The notes beneath the pieces are model-generated. The model saw only the letters and a program-made list of their open reading frames with translations. It was not told where the DNA came from and searched no databases. The translations under genes were made by a program, and so were the position numbers. Of a stretch of 64,000 bases of DNA, positions 1 through 8,241 are shown piece after piece (position 1 is the stretch's first letter; every line of letters begins with the position of its first letter). The stretch is from Clostridium sp. CAG:524. GTDB lineage: Bacteria > Bacillota_I > Bacilli_A > RF39 > UBA660. Location: positions 133,885-197,884 of the forward strand of contig FR880118.1 of the NCBI GenBank assembly GCA_000434555.1, written 5' to 3'.

Positions 1-618
1 CGTGGATTAACATGGAATGATATTAATTTTAGAAAAGGTTGTTTATCGGTAAATAAAAATATTACTAAAACACCCGATCCTAATACTGGTAAACCCTACT
101 CTGTATCTAGTCCTAAGACAATGTCTAGTTATAGAACAACACCTATTCCAAATTTCTTATTAAATTATATAAAAGACTTATATGATGATAGTAGTAGATT
201 TTATAATTTTAATGATAACTGGTATGTTTTTGGAGATATTGATCCATTACCAGAAACCACATTAAGAGATAGAAAAACTAAAAATGCTTTTAAAGCTGGT
301 GTCAAAAATATTAGAATACATGACTTTAGACATAGTTGTGCATCGTTATTAATTGATAGTGGCGCTAATATAACATTAGTAGCTAAATATTTAGGGCATT
401 CTAAAATTGATGAAACGCTTAATACCTACTCTCATATGTATCAGAATAGACTTGAGAATATAGTTCAAATAATTGAGGTTCAAAATACTAAGTTATTAGA
501 AAGCAAACAAAAAGAATTACCTAAACCCAAAGAAACAGTTGTTGATTATGACGAAGCTGAATATTATGATTATAATGAAGATTTAGATAATAAAAAAGAA
601 GATGACCTAGTCCTTTAG
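1..618 (+). CDS. Tyrosine recombinase / phage-type integrase, C-terminal catalytic part (5' end lies left of the window)
   Basis: Open frame runs from nt 1 (RGLTWNDINF...) to TAG at 616-618. Catalytic region HDFRHSCAS...LGHSKIDETLNTYSHMY matches the R..H.R...Y C-terminal signature of tyrosine recombinases. Confidence 0.75.
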   Translation, partial: RGLTWNDINFRKGCLSVNKNITKTPDPNTGKPYSVSSPKTMSSYRTTPIPNFLLNYIKDLYDDSSRFYNFNDNWYVFGDIDPLPETTLRDRKTKNAFKAGVKNIRIHDFRHSCASLLIDSGANITLVAKYLGHSKIDETLNTYSHMYQNRLENIVQIIEVQNTKLLESKQKELPKPKETVVDYDEAEYYDYNEDLDNKKEDDLVL

Positions 619-639
619 TGGACTAGGTCATCTTTTTAT
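600..639. terminator. Bidirectional rho-independent terminator between integrase and small minus-strand ORF
   Basis: Perfect 14-bp stem AGATGACCTAGTCC / GGACTAGGTCATCT with a 6-nt loop, followed by TTTTT on the plus strand and a T-run on the minus strand. Confidence 0.55.
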
Positions 640-644
640 TTGTT

Positions 645-827
645 TTATCTAATACCATATGAATATGGATTATTATTAGAAACATTATAGCTTGTTACTC
701 TTAAGTCGTAAGAAATATTATTCTTTTTTGCTGAATTCTTTACTTTATATATAAATTTTACTGCTTCTTTCTTTTCAGGAGTTTTCTTTACATTTTTTAC
801 ATCTTCATTATTATTTTTATTCTTCAT
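645..827 (-). CDS. Small lysine-rich hypothetical protein (60 aa), possibly co-transcribed with upstream SDH-protease gene
   Basis: ORF sits 40 nt downstream of the 868..2037 gene on the same strand. No recognisable domain; low-complexity basic sequence. Confidence 0.3.
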   Translation of the reverse strand: MKNKNNNEDVKNVKKTPEKKEAVKFIYKVKNSAKKNNISYDLRVTSYNVSNNNPYSYGIR

Positions 828-867
828 TTAAATTCCTCCTATTATTATTATATTTTATTTTATTTTT

Positions 868-2037
868 TTATTCAATTGTTTTAACACCAATTTGTGATTC
901 AACATTGTTTCTAATGTCAACTAAATTCATTTCATATCCACAATCACATTTTAATATATTATCTTTAGGGAATTTTATTCTTCCTTTTTGCTGAGTTTGA
1001 ATATCTAAATTATCATTATTTATCAATTTTAAATATAAGTTATGTTTTTTACCACATTTAGGGCAATCAACATCTAGTTCAACAATTTCAGGCTTAGGTT
1101 GATTATTGACTGGTGGTAGTGGATTTGCTGTAAATGATATTTTATTATTACTTGTTGCTATTACCTTATATGTATTACCCGTCATATATATCAATCTACA
1201 TATAGTATGAATTCTATATACTATTTCTTTTAATTTTTCATCTTCTTCAACATTAATTATTTTTAGTTTTAATCTTTCTAAATCTTCTCTTTTTAGTGAA
1301 CGTCCATGAGTTTTCCATTTGTTATGGTTATTTAAATCATTTGCAATCTCTCTAGCTCTCTTTTTCTTTTTATCTTCTGTTACTTTTTCATGATGTGTTT
1401 CAGTCTCATTCCAATTTTTAAATTTATATTTTACAAGCCACTCTTCAACCATATCAACTGCATATTCTTGTGCATTAATTGCACCTTTTATTTCACCTGG
1501 ACTGATTTGCGCAAGAATAGCTATATCCACTTGATTTAAAGGCCCTTTAGTAGCCTCTAATCTCTTTTCATCAACCCAACTTGTATAATCATATGCAGAA
1601 ACTTGGCTCCTTCCAATTACCATCTGAGCATCTATTGGTCCAAGACTTCCAGTATCGGTCATTAATATTTCATCACCTGACATAGTTAAAATAGTTCCAG
1701 CACTTTTTGCTTCTCCGCATATAACAAAGGAAACGTTTTTGTATTTTTTTCTAACGTATTTAACAATTTCTTCTGCTGTTTCGCCTCTACCACCTGGCGT
1801 TTCAAGATATATTTCAAGTTTATCTGATTTTGTGTCACAACTATCTAATAAATCTTTAATAAAATAAAAGTCCTTTTGATTAAGTGCAACATCAGGTATT
1901 GGTGATTCAGTAGTTGCAGCATACACAAGCATTGTACAATTTCTTAATTCATTATATTCTCTTATTAATTTTGTCAATTCATTTTCTAAATCAAAATGAC
2001 TCATGTGTCTTGACATATATTCATTTAAATAATTCAT
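868..2037 (-). CDS. SDH-family / ClpP-fold (S49-like) serine protease with C-terminal zinc-ribbon
   Basis: LEIYLETPGGRGETAEEIV...FVICGEAKSAGTILTMSGDEILMTDTGSLGPIDAQ matches the Clp/crotonase-fold serine protease core (TPGG oxyanion region, catalytic Ser in the AKSAGT-like motif). C-terminus has CPKCGKK...CDCGYEM four-Cys ribbon. AAGGAGG RBS 7 nt upstream of ATG. Confidence 0.6.
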   Translation of the reverse strand: MNYLNEYMSRHMSHFDLENELTKLIREYNELRNCTMLVYAATTESPIPDVALNQKDFYFIKDLLDSCDTKSDKLEIYLETPGGRGETAEEIVKYVRKKYKNVSFVICGEAKSAGTILTMSGDEILMTDTGSLGPIDAQMVIGRSQVSAYDYTSWVDEKRLEATKGPLNQVDIAILAQISPGEIKGAINAQEYAVDMVEEWLVKYKFKNWNETETHHEKVTEDKKKKRAREIANDLNNHNKWKTHGRSLKREDLERLKLKIINVEEDEKLKEIVYRIHTICRLIYMTGNTYKVIATSNNKISFTANPLPPVNNQPKPEIVELDVDCPKCGKKHNLYLKLINNDNLDIQTQQKGRIKFPKDNILKCDCGYEMNLVDIRNNVESQIGVKTIE

Positions 2038-2065
2038 TTAAAACCTCCTTGATTTATCGATTATT

Positions 2066-2076
2066 ATTATACCACA
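2066..2076 (-). promoter_or_regulatory. Extended -10 promoter element (TGTGGTATAAT) for the SDH-protease gene
   Basis: Minus-strand TGTGGTATAAT lies about 30 nt upstream of the ATG at 2037 and is followed by AAGGAGG. No good -35, as is common with TGn extended -10 promoters. Confidence 0.35.
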
Positions 2077-2111
2077 TTTTGGCACTCTTATCTGTCATTT
2101 TACAAATTTAA

Positions 2112-2963
2112 TTAAACCACTACAGGATCCATTTGTTCTACCATTTTTACTATACAATCTAATATATCATCAAAATCTATATCTTTTGCATATTCATATT
2201 TTCTTTGATATATTTTCCATCTTGTTCTTATTAATTCACTTTCTCTTAATATATCTATTGTTATCAAAGGTTCCCCAACATATTCTCTTTTAGCAAATGT
2301 TTTATCAATAGCTCTTCTAAAATTATCAATATTAATATTCTTCCAATCCTTTGTATAAATTAAATAGACATCATAGAAATCTCTCATTCTACCATTTAAC
2401 TCTGATCTACTAAGAATTGTTTCTATCTTTTCAGCTAATACTGTTTCAATATTATAAGCATATAAATCTATATAGTTATCTCCTAATAATGGAATATATT
2501 TATATCTTATCTCTTTTGGTGTAATTGGATCTCCTGTGGCTATATCAACATGAAATTTTTCTTTAACATTTTCAAGTTCAACTTGTATATCTACTCTAAA
2601 TCCACCATATTCATCTTCATCTCTTATCGGTGCTATTCCTAAATATGATAGTTTAGCATTATCATCTATTTTTATTGATATTATTTCTTTTATCATTTTA
2701 ACTATTGTATCTTCATTAAAATTTGCATTTCTAAAAGCAGTATCTATATCCATAGTAGTTCTATTTTCTACTCCAAATAGTGTGCTTAAATAAAATCCAC
2801 CTTTTATGATAAAGTTTTCTCTATATTTGCTTTTTGATAATCTTTCAACAAATCTATCATACATATAAAGTCTAAGTAATGTATTAAAATCAACATTCTT
2901 TTCTTTAGAAATATTTCTTAGTTTATCTTTTAATTGCATGCTATTCATAAAATGCCTCCACAT
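2112..2963 (-). CDS. abiEii: AbiEii/AbiGii-family nucleotidyltransferase toxin (type IV toxin-antitoxin, DUF1814)
   Basis: N-terminus MQLKDKLRNISKEKNVDFNTLLRLYMYDRFVERLSKSKYRENFIIKGGF...TMDIDTAF is the canonical AbiEii/DUF1814 opening (reporting helix plus GG..D.D nucleotidyltransferase motif). Overlaps upstream abiEi by 23 nt. Confidence 0.8.
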   Translation of the reverse strand: MWRHFMNSMQLKDKLRNISKEKNVDFNTLLRLYMYDRFVERLSKSKYRENFIIKGGFYLSTLFGVENRTTMDIDTAFRNANFNEDTIVKMIKEIISIKIDDNAKLSYLGIAPIRDEDEYGGFRVDIQVELENVKEKFHVDIATGDPITPKEIRYKYIPLLGDNYIDLYAYNIETVLAEKIETILSRSELNGRMRDFYDVYLIYTKDWKNINIDNFRRAIDKTFAKREYVGEPLITIDILRESELIRTRWKIYQRKYEYAKDIDFDDILDCIVKMVEQMDPVVV

Positions 2964-3567
2964 AATCCATTACTTCTTTTTTAACGCCAAGTTTTTCAGC
3001 ATATTTTGATAGTTTAACTAGATCTTTATCTTTTCTTTTAACATATTCTCTAATACTATGTTTAACATGCTCTGAATCCATTCTATTTTTAGATCTGATA
3101 ATATCACAGATACATCTTTCCATATCATATGCTTTTACTTTATTACCCATTGGAGTATCAATTTGAATTAGTCCAAGTTCATAAATATCTTTATTAACAT
3201 AAAAGACATTATGATTTTTAATTTTATAATTAAAATAATTATTTGGGACAGTTATATCATATTTATCATTTGGAGCTTTAATAGAAAGTCCATGAAAATA
3301 AAGTGCTGTCATATGTGAATATATAATATTAGGAAGTTCTAATCCAAAAACAAAATAGCTATCTTCTATTTTACTTGAATCAATATAAATACCATTGCCA
3401 ACTTTTTCTATCATACCTTTTTCTTTCATAATATTAAGATACATTCTATGAATTCCAAGATTAGATAGTTCTTTTGAAGTAACATATCCATTATTCATTT
3501 TCATAATAGATTCTATAATTTCAATATTACTTTGATCTTTAAATTCCTTAATTGTCATCCTTTCCAT
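2941..3567 (-). CDS. abiEi: AbiEi-family antitoxin / transcriptional autoregulator (type IV toxin-antitoxin)
   Basis: 208-aa protein immediately upstream of and overlapping abiEii. N-terminal winged-helix-like region (VTSKELSNLGIHRMYLNIMKEKGMIEKVGNGIY). Position and size fit the AbiEi partner. Confidence 0.6.
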   Translation of the reverse strand: MERMTIKEFKDQSNIEIIESIMKMNNGYVTSKELSNLGIHRMYLNIMKEKGMIEKVGNGIYIDSSKIEDSYFVFGLELPNIIYSHMTALYFHGLSIKAPNDKYDITVPNNYFNYKIKNHNVFYVNKDIYELGLIQIDTPMGNKVKAYDMERCICDIIRSKNRMDSEHVKHSIREYVKRKDKDLVKLSKYAEKLGVKKEVMDYVEAFYE

Positions 3568-3579
3568 AAATATTCCTCC

Positions 3580-3625
3580 TTGACAAATCTAATGAAATTA
3601 TAACATTTATCATTAGTTTTGTCAA
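3580..3625 (-). promoter_or_regulatory. Consensus sigma-A promoter (TTGACA-17-TATAAT) embedded in an inverted repeat; candidate AbiEi operator
   Basis: Minus strand reads TTGACA (3625-3620) + 17 nt + TATAAT (3602-3597). The IR TTGACAAA (3580-3587) / TTTGTCAA (3618-3625) brackets the -10 and start region. The abiEi ATG is at 3567 with a GGAGGAATA RBS. Confidence 0.55.
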
Positions 3626-3790
3626 ATAATATTAAAAAGAATCGGAAATATTTTTCTAGAACCTAGTATTTTTACCTACTTTTGGAAATTTATTTCCAAT
3701 ACACTAAAATCATCAATTTTTATGTATTTTTTTAATTTACGTACCTAGCTTAATACCTAAAAATATTTAATAGGCTTCAAATCCTTTAAA

Positions 3791-3818
3791 GCAAACAAAA
3801 ATGAGGCCTTTCGGCCTC
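3791..3818 (-). terminator. Rho-independent terminator for the HAD/kinase-like minus-strand genes
   Basis: GC-rich perfect hairpin GAGGCC-TTTC-GGCCTC (3803-3818). On the minus strand it is followed by ATTTTTGTTTGCTTT. A GC island in an AT-rich spacer. Confidence 0.5.
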
Positions 3819-3934
3819 TTCAGGGGGTTTTGGTTGAACACTTTTACTCTTATATTCGTAAAAGTGACATGACATATTTCTATGTCAATTTAATAATACA
3901 ATAATAATTAGTATTTTGTCAATTAAATTTTCTA

Positions 3935-4510
3935 TTAATTTTTTATTTTACAATTTTTTATATAATTATAAACTTCATCCCAACTATTTACCCTCTTACA
4001 TTTTGTATCTTTAGATATATTTAATTTTGAATTAAACACTACTGCATCTATCCCATTATTACATAATGATTCACATGTATCTATGGCATCATCAAACATA
4101 ATATCTATTTTTTCATTTTTACACACATCAACTTTATAAAAACATGATGTTATTATTTTGTCATATTTAATATTATTTTCATCCAAAAATTCTTTTACAT
4201 ATTTATTTACATCTTTATAAAATTTATCACTTCTAGCGGTAATTATATAAATAGAATTTTCTTCATCTTTTAATCTATCTATTATTTCTTTAGCATTCTT
4301 TTTTACTTTTTGTTTACGCCCCATCTCACATGCATAATCATTAAAGAAATCAGTCATTTCTTTTTCAGTAAAGTTGCCTCTTAATATTTTATCTATATTA
4401 TTTAATATGACACTTCCATCCCCATATTCTTTACTATGTTTATATGCATATTCTTCTACTACATCACATGAATCTATTAGTGTATCATCTATATCTATAC
4501 CTATTCTCAA
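3935..4510 (-). CDS. HAD-superfamily hydrolase, 5'(3')-nucleotidase-like
   Basis: N-terminal MRIGIDIDDTLIDS carries the HAD motif I (DxDxT). Size (191 aa) and later IITARS / MFDDAIDT motifs fit small HAD phosphatases and nucleotidases. Confidence 0.5.
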   Translation of the reverse strand: MRIGIDIDDTLIDSCDVVEEYAYKHSKEYGDGSVILNNIDKILRGNFTEKEMTDFFNDYACEMGRKQKVKKNAKEIIDRLKDEENSIYIITARSDKFYKDVNKYVKEFLDENNIKYDKIITSCFYKVDVCKNEKIDIMFDDAIDTCESLCNNGIDAVVFNSKLNISKDTKCKRVNSWDEVYNYIKNCKIKN

Positions 4511-4561
4511 TATATCACTCCTTTTTATCTTACGTGATTATATCAAATTATATGCTTCTTA

Positions 4562-5284
4562 TCAACTTTGTTTCCTTTTAAGCATTTTTAATCCATTCTT
4601 ATATTCACCATATGAAATTATACTAGTTTCTAGTCTTTGTTCAGCATAATTTAATAATTCCTCCATCATTACTGAAGGTAACACCATACCATAACAACCG
4701 CAATCTAAAATATACCTATTCATTTTAAGTGATTCTAATAATCCACTACTCAATATATCACTAATGATTGTTTCAGCAAGTTCTTTTATATTTTCTTTGA
4801 ACATATCTCCAAACATATCATTATAAGTTGCTTCATATAAATCAGTATCTATAACTTTAGGTTCATTTATTGTTTTAAACATAATATTGTCTTTATTCAG
4901 ATCAGTAAACATAAGACCTTGAAATGTAAGACTTTTTATTTCTCTTTCTATCATTCTAACAGCATTTATTAAATCTCTTATAAGAATACTATTTTCAAGT
5001 TCACTATATTTAAATCCTTGAACATATTCCATCATATAACCTATAAAGTTTTCAGGAGACACACTTCCTTTAAATACATACACTTCAGGAAATACAAATA
5101 TTCTACTATCATAATGTTCTTTATTCTTATGTGAACTATAAATCCATCTATTATTCTCATCATGGTATTTTTTAAATACTTTTCCTTCACTCGTTAAAAA
5201 ACATTCAGCACTTACTCCAGAGCCTAAACTTTTTATCATATATTCTTCAGGTATTTTATCAACAATTATATTTTTCTTTTTCAT
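4562..5284 (-). CDS. Protein-kinase-like (APH/choline-kinase fold) hypothetical protein
   Basis: Gly-rich loop LGSGVSAECF followed by VFKKY lysine. Catalytic-loop-like TDLNKDNIMF and a DFG-like IDTDLY motif. No confident family assignment. Confidence 0.4.
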   Translation of the reverse strand: MKKKNIIVDKIPEEYMIKSLGSGVSAECFLTSEGKVFKKYHDENNRWIYSSHKNKEHYDSRIFVFPEVYVFKGSVSPENFIGYMMEYVQGFKYSELENSILIRDLINAVRMIEREIKSLTFQGLMFTDLNKDNIMFKTINEPKVIDTDLYEATYNDMFGDMFKENIKELAETIISDILSSGLLESLKMNRYILDCGCYGMVLPSVMMEELLNYAEQRLETSIISYGEYKNGLKMLKRKQS

Positions 5285-5374
5285 TTCTACCTCTTTTGTG
5301 TTCGATTATTCTAACATATAATTTATTCATTGTAAACTATTTATGTAAAAGAAAATGTTAACAAATTGTTAACA

Positions 5375-6007
5375 TTATTCTACATTTATTTTTAATGAGT
5401 ACCATGCTTTCCCCTCAGCATATTCACTATGTATAACTATAATATATTCACCTTTTTCTAAATTAACTCTTATAGCTTTTTCATATTCTATATAGTCCAG
5501 TAATCTATTTAGTTTACCATTACTATACACTTCAACCTTACTTACTTTCATATCATTATTATGATATATTTTATCATTTCTTTTTACAGTTAAAGTCTCT
5601 TTATACTTCATATCAGTCGGACCAAGTGAATCAGAAGTAACACAAGATTTTGTTAAACTATCATTACTATTCAAACTACACCAATTAAATGAACCTGTAT
5701 TTGCTTTAACTCTTTTAGTCTTATTATTATTCATTATGTATAAACTAGTTGGTTTAACCTCTCTATAATAATCTAGACTATGAAAATTAGTTGGGAAAAT
5801 ATGTATTTCAGTTGTATCTTTATATCCACTTTCATAATCATCATCAAATGTATGCCATTTAATTACTTTATAAAGAATCGCACTATATTCTCTAGTTCCA
5901 CCATCTCTATATGTTTTCTTAATTGGTACTAAAAGTACAAATAAGATACCAATAATTAACAATATTACTTTAAAATTTAATTTGCTTTTTAAATTATTAT
6001 TATCCAT
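5375..6007 (-). CDS. Secreted / membrane-anchored hypothetical protein
   Basis: N-terminal hydrophobic segment VILLIIGILFVLLVPI followed by a 180-aa soluble region. Abuts ABC permease gene by 1 nt. Confidence 0.4.
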   Translation of the reverse strand: MDNNNLKSKLNFKVILLIIGILFVLLVPIKKTYRDGGTREYSAILYKVIKWHTFDDDYESGYKDTTEIHIFPTNFHSLDYYREVKPTSLYIMNNNKTKRVKANTGSFNWCSLNSNDSLTKSCVTSDSLGPTDMKYKETLTVKRNDKIYHNNDMKVSKVEVYSNGKLNRLLDYIEYEKAIRVNLEKGEYIIVIHSEYAEGKAWYSLKINVE

Positions 6008-6008
6008 A

Positions 6009-7361
6009 TTATTTTTCCTTTAACGATTTAAATATTTTATTCCATAATTTACTTGAAGAATAATTAAGTATTCCTGCCTTATATATTCTAAGTCCATATT
6101 TATAAAGTAATGCACATGTACCTGCAAGTAATCCTATAGAAATTATTAAATCTAATATACTCATTTCACCAAGTGTATAAAGTACTGGAGCAAGTATACC
6201 TGATATAAATGGTATAAATGCTGCTACTTTTATAAATATTGAACCTTGATAAACTGATGCAAATATTGCTAAATAATAACCTATCATAAGAAATATCATT
6301 ACTGGTGTTTGTATTTGATTATAGTCTTCCATATTAGTTGTCATACTAGCAAGTACTCCAATAAATAATGAATAAGCAAAGAAACTAAGTAATATTAATA
6401 TTATAAAGAATGGTATACCACTTACTAATCTTGTTGCGAGTTCACTTGATGTAAACATATTTATATACTCACTTATTTTTCCTACTTCAGAAGCACCTAC
6501 TACACTTCCAACACCACTTGTACCTGTTGTTAAAAGTCTTATAACTATACCTATTACTGAATATAAAATTAATAATATTCCTTGTAATATTGCAAATACA
6601 TTCGCTGATATTAATTTAGACATAAAATGTACTTGTGGTGATACGCTTGATATAATAACTTCCATACTCTTGGTACTCTTTTCTTCATTAATTTCAGCAC
6701 CTATCATTTGAACTATCAATAATATTAAGATAAAGAATGGTAATATAAATACTATTATTAATACTGTACCTATCATTTCTATTAATTCTTGATTATCATT
6801 CATATCTTCATTAAGATATATTCTATCTATTTCTACTGGATTATAAATACTATTAAGTAATTCAGAACTGATATTTGCTTCTTTTAAAGCCATATTTGCT
6901 TTAGTAGTATTTAATGCATTTATGATATCTTGATATAACAGTTTATCTATTTTTTCATATGATATTACTTCAGCATCAAACATTTTATCAAGAGATACAT
7001 TATTTACTTTTTTAATATTTATTATTACATCTTTTGTTTCATCTTTGATAATATCCTCTTTAAGTTCATCAATAGATTTATCTGATGCTTTAATTTCAGT
7101 ATTATAACTATCTAATATATCCTTATAACCACTATTTAATGTCGTTTCAAGTTCATTATAAATACCAACATTATCAATAACATATACATTTATTTTATCT
7201 TCAAAATCTCCTCCAAATAATTTAACAATTGAATCTAAATTTACAAGACCAACTATTATTATAAGAAGAACTATATTTATTATTCTAAATGATTTAGTAC
7301 ATACTTTCTTTTTAATACTGTCTTTTGTCAAAAATCTAAACTTATTTTTCATATGCTTCAC
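6009..7361 (-). CDS. ABC transporter permease (ABC-2 type, large extracytoplasmic loop)
   Basis: N-terminal TM, long extracellular domain, then 5-6 C-terminal TM helices. Overlaps the ABC ATPase gene upstream. Confidence 0.65.
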   Translation of the reverse strand: MKHMKNKFRFLTKDSIKKKVCTKSFRIINIVLLIIIVGLVNLDSIVKLFGGDFEDKINVYVIDNVGIYNELETTLNSGYKDILDSYNTEIKASDKSIDELKEDIIKDETKDVIINIKKVNNVSLDKMFDAEVISYEKIDKLLYQDIINALNTTKANMALKEANISSELLNSIYNPVEIDRIYLNEDMNDNQELIEMIGTVLIIVFILPFFILILLIVQMIGAEINEEKSTKSMEVIISSVSPQVHFMSKLISANVFAILQGILLILYSVIGIVIRLLTTGTSGVGSVVGASEVGKISEYINMFTSSELATRLVSGIPFFIILILLSFFAYSLFIGVLASMTTNMEDYNQIQTPVMIFLMIGYYLAIFASVYQGSIFIKVAAFIPFISGILAPVLYTLGEMSILDLIISIGLLAGTCALLYKYGLRIYKAGILNYSSSKLWNKIFKSLKEK

Positions 7362-8241
7362 CTACTTTACTTATAAATATTTCATTTAAAGTTGGTTCTT
7401 CAACTACAAATTTAGTTACATTATTACATTTAGATACTTTTTTAAATACACTTTCTACGTATTTTATATCAGATATTTTAATAGTGTATTCATTTTTATT
7501 AACTTCTATGTCTTCTACGCCATCTATTTTCTTAATATCATCTACATCCAAATCAGCAATAACTTTTATATTTTTCTTTCTAAAATCTTCTTTTATTTTA
7601 GTAAGTTTTCCTTTTAAAACAGTATTACCATGAACAAGTATTATTAATGAATCACAAAAGTATTCTATATGTTCCATCATATGTGAAGAGAATATTATCA
7701 TAGTTTTTTGTTTTTTAAGTCTTAGTATTACTTTCTTAAACATTTCTACGTTTATTGGATCTAATCCACTAAATGGTTCATCTAATATAAGTAATTTTGG
7801 TTCATGTAATATACTTATTATAAATTGTATTTTTTGTTGATTTCCCTTTGATAATTCTTTTATTTTTTTATTTTTATATTCTGTAATATTGAATTCTTCT
7901 AAATATTTATCTAGTCTTTTTTCTACTTCTTTTTCAGTAAGACCTTTTAGTACTCCATAATATATTGCCTGCTCTAAAACTGTCTTTGATGGAAGTAAAC
8001 TTCTTTCTTCTGTTAAGAATCCAATTTCATCTGTAACACTATAATCTATCTTTTTATCATTAAGTGTTATTTTACCTTCTGTTATATCAAGAAGACCCAT
8101 TATCATTCTAAATGTTGTTGTTTTACCAGCACCATTAACACCAAGAAGTCCAAATATTTCTCCTTCATGTATTTCAAATGATAAATCATTTACTGCTCTA
8201 AAATCATCGTAATATTTTGTTACGTGTTCAAGTTTTAACAT
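7342..8241 (-). CDS. ABC transporter ATP-binding protein
   Basis: Walker A GVNGAGKTT, signature LSKGNQQK, Walker B LLILDEPFSGLD, H-loop SSHMM. Confidence 0.85.
   Translation of the reverse strand: MLKLEHVTKYYDDFRAVNDLSFEIHEGEIFGLLGVNGAGKTTTFRMIMGLLDITEGKITLNDKKIDYSVTDEIGFLTEERSLLPSKTVLEQAIYYGVLKGLTEKEVEKRLDKYLEEFNITEYKNKKIKELSKGNQQKIQFIISILHEPKLLILDEPFSGLDPINVEMFKKVILRLKKQKTMIIFSSHMMEHIEYFCDSLIILVHGNTVLKGKLTKIKEDFRKKNIKVIADLDVDDIKKIDGVEDIEVNKNEYTIKISDIKYVESVFKKVSKCNNVTKFVVEEPTLNEIFISKVGEAYEK

Noticed and set aside
1914-2111. Many short ORFs in the six-frame track are wholly antisense to, or nested within, strong longer genes: 1914..2111, 4374..4649, 8217..8411, 10484..10717, 14942..15163, 15553..15792, 16961..17239, 21206..21457, 25453..25800, 26727..26924, 28321..28524, 29029..29742, 33880..34128, 35030..35221, 37531..37725, 39489..39873, 40710..40925, 41909..42124, 42382..42618, 43432..43800, 45115..45297, 47205..47516, 47662..47985, 53074..53265, 55568..55831, 56337..56738, 58482..58889, 60427..60609, 61797..62033 and 62371..62580.
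   Set aside because: In a 25% GC genome, stop-poor antisense frames are common. These translations are low-complexity (Leu/Ile/Ser/Phe-rich), have no RBS, and overlap genes with clear homologs. Treated as non-coding.
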